Source: a virus. From it: a DNA stretch of 64,000 nucleotides. Positions 31,331 to 40,379 of the stretch are shown in pieces; the first letter of the stretch is position 1, and every line of letters starts with the position of its first letter. The stretch is taken from positions 32,001 through 96,000 of the IMG/VR virus record IMGVR_UViG_3300032224_000591. The stretch is one strand, 5' to 3'. Made by a program: the position numbers and the translations under genes. The notes under the pieces are model-generated. The model saw nothing but the letters and a program-made list of their open reading frames with translations. It ran no database searches and was not told where the DNA came from.

Positions 31331-32135
31331 TATCAGTGCGCGGACAGATCAAGCGTTTGACCTTGATGTTACTATAAAGAAGATTGATCAGTGGAACCTT
31401 GATACTCCATGGGATAAAGCTTCTGAGAACGTAGTAAAGCTTATAACTGACCTTGATAAGCCGATCTTTATTGGTTTAAGCGGTGGTATAGATTCAGAAT
31501 ATGTGTGTACTGTATTTGAAGAGGCTGAAGTCGATTATACTCCTGTACTCATTAGAACACAAGGTAATAAAGCCGAGTTAGAATATGCTTATAGCTTCTT
31601 AGGTAGATGGGGCCGATATGATAAGGCAGTAATAGTTGACAAGAAGAATGTCGACATGCTATCTACCTACTACTATAAATTACTTACCGGCTGTTTTGGT
31701 TATGGTTATAATTCTGTAGCAACGTATATGGTCGGTGAGTATGCAAAACAGAATGATGGTATATATGTTATGGCTGAACACCTGATTGATGATTATGATA
31801 CAGGTGGGTTTAAGGTAGGTTGTAATGAGTGGGACTTCTATAATGACTTGCTTTTAGGTGAGGACAATACACACTACTTCTTCAACTATACACCTGAGAT
31901 TAGTGCTGCTATGATTAGAGAATTCCCTGATTATAGTGATATACAGAAGTCTAAAGCAGAGTTCTATGGTCTAAAGTATAGACTAAAGATGCACTATGAA
32001 TATGATGAGCTTTATAATGATACATTAATGAAGCTTAGAAAGACTATAAAGCTTACACATAATCCAAATTATACATTTGGAACACCAAAAGAATACTTAA
32101 GAATGCTATCAGAGGTGCAAGATGAATCAACCTAA
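31299..32135 (+). CDS. PP-loop ATP pyrophosphatase-like protein, divergent paralogue 2
   Basis: KPIFIGLSGGIDSEYV motif; FFNYTPEI echoes the paralogues' FFWSPD segment. Confidence 0.6.
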   Translation: MATYKNWFRSNISARTDQAFDLDVTIKKIDQWNLDTPWDKASENVVKLITDLDKPIFIGLSGGIDSEYVCTVFEEAEVDYTPVLIRTQGNKAELEYAYSFLGRWGRYDKAVIVDKKNVDMLSTYYYKLLTGCFGYGYNSVATYMVGEYAKQNDGIYVMAEHLIDDYDTGGFKVGCNEWDFYNDLLLGEDNTHYFFNYTPEISAAMIREFPDYSDIQKSKAEFYGLKYRLKMHYEYDELYNDTLMKLRKTIKLTHNPNYTFGTPKEYLRMLSEVQDEST

Positions 32136-33006
32136 AGTACAAATAGGTAATGAGCAAACTCTACTGGAGACAAAGGAAAACCTTAAGTCATTAAGGGCAT
32201 ATAGTGCTGAGTATGCTTGGGGCAGTGACCTCTATACTGACTTTGAGAAAGCTTATGGTAAGTATCTATTAGTTCCATTTGATATTCCAAAGATTGTACC
32301 AAATGATACCAATAAATTTGTGTCATTCTGGTTCACCAGGGCCGCTAATGCTGTTAAGATTAAAACTGATATGCTTAGTAAAGATGGCGTTGGTACCGGT
32401 ACTAGTTCTCCATATCTACAGATAACTAGTACATCTGATAAGCATTCAGATGTCTGGAGCGATAATCCAGTCCCTGACATCTATACTGAGTTTCCGGAAA
32501 TCTTTGAGCAAGTGCATGAATATATGCCATTCATTACGCGCAAAGATTTTAAGTGGTATATGTGGTCATCAAACTGGAATGTGCCACCACACCGTGATTA
32601 TGGTTCACAGCTAGATTGTCCATCAGGTATTCGTATCATGTTGTTTGACAATAATCCAGAACCAACTTTAAGCATGACCGTATCACCTATAGGTAAGGTA
32701 TATGATCGTAAGTATCCTATTATTGTACCTGATGATACCAATAGTTTTGCTTGGAATAACCTTCGTCAGAAGCATGAGAGTGTATACAATAAAGGTCACC
32801 GAAAGGTGTTGTTTATTATCTCCCCAAAAGAGTTAACCTATTTTCTTAGCACTGTTGACAACAGAAAGACTATCAATAAATATGTTGATCTTCTGGACAG
32901 AAGCATAGCTAAATATAAAGATCATGTTATTGTAGATACAGATAATGACTATACAGACTACTTGGCATTGGATAAATCTGACCCAATAAATAGCATTATC
33001 AGATAG
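32122..33006 (+). CDS. Putative cupin/2OG-Fe(II)-type oxygenase
   Basis: VPPHRD (HxD) ... SFAWNN...KHES....RK (distal His), DSBH-like spacing. Confidence 0.45.
   Translation: MNQPKVQIGNEQTLLETKENLKSLRAYSAEYAWGSDLYTDFEKAYGKYLLVPFDIPKIVPNDTNKFVSFWFTRAANAVKIKTDMLSKDGVGTGTSSPYLQITSTSDKHSDVWSDNPVPDIYTEFPEIFEQVHEYMPFITRKDFKWYMWSSNWNVPPHRDYGSQLDCPSGIRIMLFDNNPEPTLSMTVSPIGKVYDRKYPIIVPDDTNSFAWNNLRQKHESVYNKGHRKVLFIISPKELTYFLSTVDNRKTINKYVDLLDRSIAKYKDHVIVDTDNDYTDYLALDKSDPINSIIR
32987..32992 (+). promoter_or_regulatory. Late promoter-like TAAATA
   Basis: AATAAATA 25 nt upstream of ATG 33018 (SD AGGAG). Confidence 0.5.
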
Positions 33007-33017
33007 GAGATATATCA

Positions 33018-33395
33018 ATGGCTGTTTACATCCATCACTACATTCATAAGTCTTCAAACAATACCTTTAATGGTAGGCAAGAGATGAATGCCTCGCAGCA
33101 ACTCGCTTATACAAACTGGAATGAATACTGTGTTCAAGTTCAACCGGGTTGGGTATCAACCGACGGGCCTATCGATATTGATGAAAATACTAGAAAGATA
33201 ACATACACTATCGATATGCAATCATATGATTTTATTAATCCACATGTTACTGATTTTTGGAAGAATACTCATGATGAAAATAATCAATACTATGCTGCAT
33301 ATAAAGCAGCATTTTCAGGTAGACTAAATCATAAATTCAGAGTCACTATTGAAAAAGATGGTGTAGAGACAGACTTTATTCCTCTTCCAGCTTAG
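33018..33395 (+). CDS. Hypothetical protein (module small subunit A)
   Basis: 125 aa, strong AGGAG SD; precedes a PP-loop gene. Confidence 0.6.
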   Translation: MAVYIHHYIHKSSNNTFNGRQEMNASQQLAYTNWNEYCVQVQPGWVSTDGPIDIDENTRKITYTIDMQSYDFINPHVTDFWKNTHDENNQYYAAYKAAFSGRLNHKFRVTIEKDGVETDFIPLPA

Positions 33396-33412
33396 TAAAA
33401 TGTTAGTATATT

Positions 33413-34615
33413 ATGAATCAACTACATTGTGGTTACTATACGTATAATGATAAAATCTATATTTCAAGAAGATCACTTCTTGATGATATAATTGCAGATA
33501 AAAGAAATTATGGTCTAGAGCATGATGTTCAATTTAATTTTAATGATGAAGTATTCAGCAAGTTAGATTGGACAGTTGAACCAGAAATTCCTTTAAAGAC
33601 TCTCTATAAAGACAGAGCACAACAGCTTAGGGATACATACGAGTATCTTATTCTTAGCTATTCAGGTGGTTCTGATTCACATGAAGTATTAAATATATTC
33701 TTAGAGAATGGTATCTTCATCGATGAAATACAGGTGGTTCATCAGTATAAATTAGTCAAAGCTTTACCTAAGAGTGTAATGGATGAAGATCCAGCTCTTA
33801 GAATGTGGTTAGAATTTGAGAAAGTAGCAGCTCCCGCACTACTTAAAGTAAAACAAGTCAGTCCAAATACTAAGCTTACTCTACTCGATGCATCTGACTT
33901 TATTGTTGATGATCTTACTACAAAGAAGTATGCATTTCTTGGACTAGATAAATTTGATACAAATGCTACATTCCTTGTTAGTACTACTCCATTTGCTAGA
34001 AACTACTTTCAACATCAGCATAATAGTAAGGTAACTACTTCTAGTAAGAAGACAGGATTTATACGAGGAACAGAGAAACCAAATCTTAAGATGTATCGTA
34101 ATACATTAAAGTTTAGCTTTACTGATGCTACAATGCATGGTATTAATCTCCTTCAGAATAGGGATATGAATGAGATATATAATATTGAAAATTTCTTTTG
34201 GTCTCCGGATGTTCCGTTGATACCTATCAAACAATCACATATTATTAAGAATGTTCTTGAGAATGACTCGTTATTCTATGCTCAATTCATGATCGCTCAA
34301 GAAAAAGCAATCATGCATACTGAGACAAATAAAAGAGGTATGTCAGGAGAGCAAGACTTTCAAAGAAAATATATTAAGTATATCTACTCATATGGAGATG
34401 AAATTAAATTTATAGCTCCTAAGAGAACATTAATATCACCTGAATTTGTAGCTACTGGGATACTGTTTGGCGAGACATCACATCATGATGCTCTCAAAGA
34501 ACAAAAGACTTTCTACAATACTAAGTATAAATCGATCGATGATCCTCGACTTCTAAATAGATCTATAGACTCAACTCGTTATGAAATTGGAGAGATAAAT
34601 GCAAAATGGAATTAA
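33413..34615 (+). CDS. PP-loop ATP pyrophosphatase-like protein, paralogue 3
   Basis: RAQQLRDTYEYLILSYSGGSDSHEVL..F..N.I.IDEI; RGTEKP; ENFFWSPD.PLIP.KQ.H. Confidence 0.7.
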   Translation: MNQLHCGYYTYNDKIYISRRSLLDDIIADKRNYGLEHDVQFNFNDEVFSKLDWTVEPEIPLKTLYKDRAQQLRDTYEYLILSYSGGSDSHEVLNIFLENGIFIDEIQVVHQYKLVKALPKSVMDEDPALRMWLEFEKVAAPALLKVKQVSPNTKLTLLDASDFIVDDLTTKKYAFLGLDKFDTNATFLVSTTPFARNYFQHQHNSKVTTSSKKTGFIRGTEKPNLKMYRNTLKFSFTDATMHGINLLQNRDMNEIYNIENFFWSPDVPLIPIKQSHIIKNVLENDSLFYAQFMIAQEKAIMHTETNKRGMSGEQDFQRKYIKYIYSYGDEIKFIAPKRTLISPEFVATGILFGETSHHDALKEQKTFYNTKYKSIDDPRLLNRSIDSTRYEIGEINAKWN

Positions 34616-35504
34616 GGGTGCAGTAGCTGGCTTGATGATGATTGGTTCTGCCTCGGCGGCAGAGCAGGTATCTATTATCACAAGCATTCCAACATCTGGG
34701 TCTGGTGGGCAGATCGGTGTCGGCATCACGCAGATTTTGAATAAGGTCCAAACAGAGCGTGAGTATAAGTTCTCACAGATTCCTGGAGCGCAGGGTGATA
34801 CATCAGCGCTAAAGGTATTAGTAGATGCTAAGCTTCAGAATGTAGTAATGTTCAACGGCATCTCCGTGACTACTACAAATCGATTGCTGAACCCAAACGC
34901 TGGATTCGATCGTGATAAGGACTTCATTCAGAGTGTAGGTATTGGTAAGAACTACTATGCCATTATGGTTAACCCTGACTCGCCTATCAAGAACGTTGAT
35001 GACCTAGTGAAGTCGATCAAGAGTAAACCAAAGGCTTTCTTCTCGACCACCCTCACTGCTCCAGGTTCCGTTATCATCAATGACATCTTCCTGAAGAGGT
35101 ATGGAATCACTGATAAGGTTGACTCTATCAATTATAAGTCACCTCAAGATATTATCCTTGCACTGAACAACAAAGAGTCAGACTATACCATCTTCACGGT
35201 TTCTGATATGACTAATCTGAAGGCTATCATGGTATCGTCAGAGAAGCGTTTGATCCAGTTCCCTGACGCACCTACAGCCAAGGAAGCCGGGTTTGATGCA
35301 TTCTCACTATCATCTATTCTGATGTTCTCTATTCCTAAAGAGCGTGCTAGTTTTCAGAAGACCTTTGAGGATGATATGAAGAAGGCTTGTGCTCACCCTG
35401 ACTATGAGCGTGTTGCCATGATTCGTGCTCCTTACAGGTCAGAGTGCATGACACCGGCTGATACTATGGCAACAGTTGTAAACGAACTTAAGACGATCAG
35501 ATAA
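34599..35504 (+). CDS. TctC/Bug-family periplasmic solute-binding protein (divergent)
   Basis: Signal peptide ending ASA-A; IPGAQG; MVNPDSPIKNVDDLV; INYKS; RLIQFPDAPTAKEAGF. Confidence 0.75.
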   Translation: MQNGIKGAVAGLMMIGSASAAEQVSIITSIPTSGSGGQIGVGITQILNKVQTEREYKFSQIPGAQGDTSALKVLVDAKLQNVVMFNGISVTTTNRLLNPNAGFDRDKDFIQSVGIGKNYYAIMVNPDSPIKNVDDLVKSIKSKPKAFFSTTLTAPGSVIINDIFLKRYGITDKVDSINYKSPQDIILALNNKESDYTIFTVSDMTNLKAIMVSSEKRLIQFPDAPTAKEAGFDAFSLSSILMFSIPKERASFQKTFEDDMKKACAHPDYERVAMIRAPYRSECMTPADTMATVVNELKTIR

Positions 35505-35507
35505 ATA
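35502..35507 (+). promoter_or_regulatory. Late promoter-like TAAATA
   Basis: GATAAATA overlapping the TctC stop, 22 nt upstream of ATG 35530. Confidence 0.5.
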
Positions 35508-35529
35508 TTATCAGAAATGGGGGATCTTC

Positions 35530-35940
35530 ATGGTAATTTTAAGACGAATTTATACTAAAAATGACGGTGAAGATTGGAGAGGTGTATGGGTACCAGGTGA
35601 ACATACTGACCCACGCGACTCTAGCATTTTTGATGAGACAGAAGTTCAGCATATTCGTCAATTTAATGATCCAAGAAACTTTGTAGGATATAGTAAATTC
35701 ATACGTAAGTATGCTACTGATAATGAGTTAGTGTTTGACCTATATTTTGACACCCTTGAAAATGCACGTGTGTATTATAAAGCGTGTAGAGATAACCTTA
35801 ATACACCACTTAACACACTTATTCATGAGAAAATTGTTGATAATATGATTCCAGTTTATCAGAAAATATGGAAATTATACAGTATTGAAAATAATATTGA
35901 ATTTGAGTTTCCATTGACCTCAAAAGGATATGTACCGTAA
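35530..35940 (+). CDS. Hypothetical protein (module small subunit B)
   Basis: 136 aa; same relative position as 33018-33395, overlapping the next PP-loop gene. Confidence 0.6.
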   Translation: MVILRRIYTKNDGEDWRGVWVPGEHTDPRDSSIFDETEVQHIRQFNDPRNFVGYSKFIRKYATDNELVFDLYFDTLENARVYYKACRDNLNTPLNTLIHEKIVDNMIPVYQKIWKLYSIENNIEFEFPLTSKGYVP

Positions 35941-37141
35941 TATTATGAATCATGATTATGATCAGCTGCATCTAGGTTATTACATATATGATAACCAGAA
36001 GTTCTTAACCCGTGAGGGTGCTTTAGATATGATGTTAGCTAAAGAGGATTATGAAGGTAATATCCAATTTTATTATAATGATCATATCTTTGATAAGATG
36101 AATTGGCGTATAAATTCTTCAATTTCAATATCAACATTCTATAAAATGCGAGCGCAGCAGCTAAGAGACAAGTACAAGTATCTTATTCTGAGATACTCAG
36201 GTGGAAGTGATTCTACACAGGTGCTAGAATCATTCCTAAAGAATAAAATCTTCCTAGACGAGATAGTAGTCATTAACCATCAGAAAGCGATCAATAATCT
36301 AGATCGAACTATGATGCTTAATGACCCTACTCTTAGTGAGTATTTAGAGTATGAAATGGCTGTAGTACCACAGCTAAAGAGGGTTAAAGAGCTCAGCCCC
36401 AATACTAAGATTACTATATTGGATTCATCTGACAATTTAATTGATCAGTTGGGCAATAAAAAGTATGAGCATCTAGGTAAGAATGATGAGCCTCGATCTT
36501 TAAGATATGTTGTTGGTGGATTGATGAAGAACTGGACACCGGTGCTTATCAAGTATGAACAACAAACAGCAACTAAAGAAGGTGTAGCCGTTATCCGCGG
36601 TTTAGAGAAACCATATATTAAGATTACTGATAGAGGTAAAATTTTATTTTCTTTTTATGACATCACAATGACTGCTACACTGTCTATGCAAAAGTCTGGA
36701 TCACCATACACTATTGAAGACTTTTTTTGGTCACCTGACTATCCACTTATTCCAGCTAAACAGGCACATATGATCGTTGATGCTCTCTCTAAGAATGAGG
36801 CACTGTTCAATGAATGGAAATCTATAAAGGCTATGATTCATCAGGCATGGCTTGATCCTGAATTAAAAAGTTCACCTGGATATATCCTAGATAGATGGTA
36901 TAATAAAATCATCTATCCAGATTGGAATCCAACTACATACGTAGCACCAAAACCTACAAAAATAAGTGCTGATTCTAAACTAGTTAGTACATTAGGTATA
37001 CAACATAATACTTTAGACTTTACGATTGAGTATTCTGAATATAAAAAGAAGCGCTACGAGAAGATAGTAAATAAGCAGCTACTTAACAGGTATATCTTCT
37101 CAAGAACCTATTATCTGGGTGAATTTCAACCACAATTCTGA
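35930..37141 (+). CDS. PP-loop ATP pyrophosphatase-like protein, paralogue 4
   Basis: RAQQLRDKYKYLILRYSGGSDSTQVL..F..N.I.LDEI; RGLEKP; EDFFWSPD.PLIP.KQ.H; closely similar to 33413-34615. Confidence 0.7.
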   Translation: MYRNIMNHDYDQLHLGYYIYDNQKFLTREGALDMMLAKEDYEGNIQFYYNDHIFDKMNWRINSSISISTFYKMRAQQLRDKYKYLILRYSGGSDSTQVLESFLKNKIFLDEIVVINHQKAINNLDRTMMLNDPTLSEYLEYEMAVVPQLKRVKELSPNTKITILDSSDNLIDQLGNKKYEHLGKNDEPRSLRYVVGGLMKNWTPVLIKYEQQTATKEGVAVIRGLEKPYIKITDRGKILFSFYDITMTATLSMQKSGSPYTIEDFFWSPDYPLIPAKQAHMIVDALSKNEALFNEWKSIKAMIHQAWLDPELKSSPGYILDRWYNKIIYPDWNPTTYVAPKPTKISADSKLVSTLGIQHNTLDFTIEYSEYKKKRYEKIVNKQLLNRYIFSRTYYLGEFQPQF

Positions 37142-37149
37142 GGATTATA

Positions 37150-38079
37150 ATGAGAGCTTTAATACTTGCATTATCGATGATAGTGACAAATGCTGCATAT
37201 GCAGCCAAACAAATCGACATCTACTCTATGTTCTCGCCGGGTGCAGCGGGTACTATCATCGGTTACGAAGTAGTCAATAGGCTTAACACTGTACAGAGTG
37301 AGTATGAGTTTCGACTATCATCACTACCTGGTGCTGGTGGAGATATTGCCGCACTAAGAGTAATTGCACTAGCACGTACCGGTCAAGATGTTCTAATATG
37401 GCAGGGAACCGGTAGCTATACATTTGGTAAGTATACCTCTGCAAATATTAATGCATATGACCGTGATAATGATCTAGTACCTATTGCTTCATTCTCAGGT
37501 ACACCATTTCATTTAATGGTTGAACCAGATTCTGAGTTAAAAACATTAGCTGACCTAGTAAGTCAGTTTAATAAGAAGGACGTTGTTTACTTTGGTAGTA
37601 CAGCAACAAATCCGATAACACCATTCCTTAATGCTATCTTCATGAAGAGCAATGGCTTAAAGCCTTCGAAGGATCTAAACTATACAACACCATTTGATAT
37701 TACTAAAAGTGTCCTTAGTAAGGAATCTGAATATACTATATTCTCACCAACAGATGTTAGAGGTTTAAGATCACTAGTTATGTCAGGCCCAGAAAGATCT
37801 AGACTATATCCAAATGTACCTACAGGTAAAGAGCTTGGGATGAAAGACTTTGTCTTTACATCAACAATGCAGATTGCAGTTCCTAAGGAGAAGTCTGAGT
37901 TCGGTCTTAAGTTTACACGGATGATGCTTCAAATCTGCTATGACCAGAAGTTCAATGATGCTGTTGAAAAGATTGGATACGAAACAAAATGCCTCTCCGG
38001 CGATAAGCTAAAGAGCTCAATCAAAGAAGAGGCATTGATGATTAAAAAGTATGAAAACGATGTTGTCTGGAAGCCTTAA
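37150..38079 (+). CDS. TctC/Bug-family periplasmic solute-binding protein (divergent)
   Basis: Signal peptide ending AYA-A; FSPGAAG, LPGAGGDIA, DLVPIA, RSRLYPNVPTGKELG. Confidence 0.8.
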   Translation: MRALILALSMIVTNAAYAAKQIDIYSMFSPGAAGTIIGYEVVNRLNTVQSEYEFRLSSLPGAGGDIAALRVIALARTGQDVLIWQGTGSYTFGKYTSANINAYDRDNDLVPIASFSGTPFHLMVEPDSELKTLADLVSQFNKKDVVYFGSTATNPITPFLNAIFMKSNGLKPSKDLNYTTPFDITKSVLSKESEYTIFSPTDVRGLRSLVMSGPERSRLYPNVPTGKELGMKDFVFTSTMQIAVPKEKSEFGLKFTRMMLQICYDQKFNDAVEKIGYETKCLSGDKLKSSIKEEALMIKKYENDVVWKP

Positions 38080-38690
38080 ATAAACTTAGGTCCAACAACC
38101 CAAACCACGATCGACTTACGTGTTCCACTGGTTACTGGTGTAACACGGTGTCCAATAAATGAAGGGAAGAGAACACATCTTCCCTTTTTTCTTTCAATTG
38201 TAATTGGCTCATCTTGATTACCATCACATACCTGGAAATCACCACCCTCAAAATCATCATTCAGCATTAGTGTCAATGATAGTTTGCGCGTATCGTGCAT
38301 GTTTTGTGGCATATGTCCAAACCCCATATCCATATGCCAGTTATACTCACCTAATTCTGCTGCATCATATGTAGTGTATTGAAATGTTTCATAACCATTT
38401 AGATTAAAGTTATAGTACATCTCATTAATGCTTTGAACAACAAAATTCAACTTATCAAAGATCCAAGATGTTTCTGGATTTCTCATGTGAAATTTAATAT
38501 TTGACTTACGAACCTTTTCAGTAACTTCTTGATCACCTGAGAAAGTAGTACCTCGCTCTGTTCCTTGAGCATCACACCAAGCAATAAGTGTATTAAGCTC
38601 TTCTTCAGTAAATGCGTCATCCCAATATGTCCACGCATGTGTGATACGTGCACGGCGATATGGATCGTTATACAGTGTTGTATATGTCAT
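38076..38690 (-). CDS. 2OG-Fe(II) oxygenase (PKHD/prolyl-4-hydroxylase-like)
   Basis: YNWHMD, RKLSLTLML.DDFEGGDF, FPSF..HRVTPVTSGTRKSIVVW. Confidence 0.9.
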   Translation of the reverse strand: MTYTTLYNDPYRRARITHAWTYWDDAFTEEELNTLIAWCDAQGTERGTTFSGDQEVTEKVRKSNIKFHMRNPETSWIFDKLNFVVQSINEMYYNFNLNGYETFQYTTYDAAELGEYNWHMDMGFGHMPQNMHDTRKLSLTLMLNDDFEGGDFQVCDGNQDEPITIERKKGRCVLFPSFIGHRVTPVTSGTRKSIVVWVVGPKFI

Positions 38691-39376
38691 TTGCGGAAAA
38701 TTCTCCAGTTATATGATGGTTGAATACCGGTAGGCTTTGCCTCAATTTTTCTATAGGTAAAGAATATATCACCAGCAAGGCAGACACGCTTCTTCTTTAG
38801 ATCATCCAAACACTTACAGCCTTCATCAAGCTCTGAGTTGCCATAACCTACAGTATGATGGCTGAGTCTAGCTGGGAATACAAATAGATTGCCTTCACTT
38901 GGAGCAAATCCAGTGTCGTATGCGTTAAACTTATTCTTCTCTGTCGAGTTGAACCTAATCATGCCATAGTATGGGTCGTTCATATGTGGTGGTGTAGATG
39001 AGAAGACAATAGGCTTCTCTAACTGATCGGGTATATTAGCATAGTAGGTGAATGACAGATGAGCATCCTCATGACTGTGGAAAGGTGTATGTCTCTCCTT
39101 GGTAATATTCATCCATGTCTTGACAATGTTAATGTCAAATGTTTCAGGATCAATAGCAAGTGTATGAAGGTACTCCTCAACTACTCCTGTGATATATCCA
39201 AAAAGTGGTGCAAATGCTTCCTCATGATGAATATTGACATGTCCAGTATACTCATTCGAGTAACCTTCGATCGTCATATAGTTCATCAGCTTGCTTAGAA
39301 AGATAGGCTTAAACTTATCAGCATCCCTATACTGATCTTCAATAACGAGAGTTGGGAACAGCGCATGTCTAATCAT
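38687..39376 (-). CDS. Putative 2OG-Fe(II) oxygenase (TIGR02466-like)
   Basis: LFPT N-terminus, W.N......H.H....LS..YY, P.EG.L.VFP..L.H, R.CLAG. Confidence 0.8.
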   Translation of the reverse strand: MIRHALFPTLVIEDQYRDADKFKPIFLSKLMNYMTIEGYSNEYTGHVNIHHEEAFAPLFGYITGVVEEYLHTLAIDPETFDINIVKTWMNITKERHTPFHSHEDAHLSFTYYANIPDQLEKPIVFSSTPPHMNDPYYGMIRFNSTEKNKFNAYDTGFAPSEGNLFVFPARLSHHTVGYGNSELDEGCKCLDDLKKKRVCLAGDIFFTYRKIEAKPTGIQPSYNWRIFRK

Positions 39377-40332
39377 CTATTTGCCTCATTCAACTTTTTC
39401 AGTTCACCTGCAAATTGGCCACCTATCTTAATTTGATACGTAACCAGTTTTTCTGCTTCATTATAATCAATCATATTCACTTCAACGTTCATCTTCATAG
39501 CCTCAGCTAGATAATCAGGGTCGGCTAGGGCTTTCTTGAATGCTTCACGTAGTTCATCTCTAGTCCATGGCGGAATACCCGGCGGCGCAACAAATGGTCT
39601 TAGCATTGAGTAGCTTGCCTCTACAATAGATAGTATTGTTTTGTCCATATCTGATTGTACTACCTCTGCAAGGGTTTGTACATCTTTATATTCAGGATGC
39701 CTATTAGTTCCATTGCCAAATTGCATGCATGCCTTAATACCTGAGTCTGGCTTTAACCAGTGTGGCTTTTGAGTCTTAATACCGACTAAGTTATAGACTA
39801 CGGCATCAACCTCTTTTCTCTCAAGTGCAAGTCTAGCATCACCGGTCGTAGCATAACCGGTGACGATCTTAGCATCTAGCTTAGCTAGGTCACGAACAAG
39901 GAAGGCTGGATTCACACCGGCATAGTTCTCAGAGCCGATGATCTTTGGATTATCAGTATTACACCATACGATGACCGCATCCTTACGGCCATCAACGTTA
40001 GATCCGATCCAGGTGAACTTACTAGCATCATACTGAACATTAGGTCCACCGAGAGCGCCGACTAATGGAATCTCTTTATAGAACGTACCAATGACTGATC
40101 CATCCTTAGGTGCGTGATTATATAGGTAGTTAGCTGCAACCATACTTGCTGCTCCAGGCATAGACTGGATAATAAGTGTAGGATGATTAGGGTGATGCTT
40201 AACTAGGTACTTACCGAGGACTCTGGCATTGATATTATAACTATCGTTGTCAGATGGGACAATAATCTTTAAGGTGTCTGCCGCAACTGATGTGACCATT
40301 AGGGTCAAAGCGAGGGCAATCGCTCGAAACAT
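39373..40332 (-). CDS. TctC/Bug-family periplasmic solute-binding protein
   Basis: Signal peptide; IIVP....YN..AR, MPGAASMVAANYLYN.APKDGS.IG, F.WIGS, GY......LALER.EVD, RPFVAPPG.P. Confidence 0.85.
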   Translation of the reverse strand: MFRAIALALTLMVTSVAADTLKIIVPSDNDSYNINARVLGKYLVKHHPNHPTLIIQSMPGAASMVAANYLYNHAPKDGSVIGTFYKEIPLVGALGGPNVQYDASKFTWIGSNVDGRKDAVIVWCNTDNPKIIGSENYAGVNPAFLVRDLAKLDAKIVTGYATTGDARLALERKEVDAVVYNLVGIKTQKPHWLKPDSGIKACMQFGNGTNRHPEYKDVQTLAEVVQSDMDKTILSIVEASYSMLRPFVAPPGIPPWTRDELREAFKKALADPDYLAEAMKMNVEVNMIDYNEAEKLVTYQIKIGGQFAGELKKLNEANR

Positions 40333-40348
40333 TTACTTCTCCATGAGA

Positions 40349-40354
40349 TAAATA
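40349..40354 (+). promoter_or_regulatory. Late promoter-like TAAATA for gp13
   Basis: GATAAATA in the intergenic region 34 nt before the gp13 ATG. Confidence 0.55.
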
Positions 40355-40371
40355 ACAAAGAATCACGTTTG

Positions 40372-40379
40372 TATTTATA
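40372..40379 (-). promoter_or_regulatory. Perfect T4 late promoter TATAAATA driving the minus-strand TctC/oxygenase operon
   Basis: TATTTATA on the + strand, about 40 nt upstream of the minus-strand start at 40332. Confidence 0.65.

Noticed and set aside
29789-37141. QueC / 7-deazaguanine DNA modification pathway or lasso-peptide cluster
   Set aside because: The PP-loop proteins lack the QueC C-terminal Cys zinc motif, and no QueD/QueE/FolE/DpdA is visible; no lasso B protease, RRE or precursor peptide is recognisable
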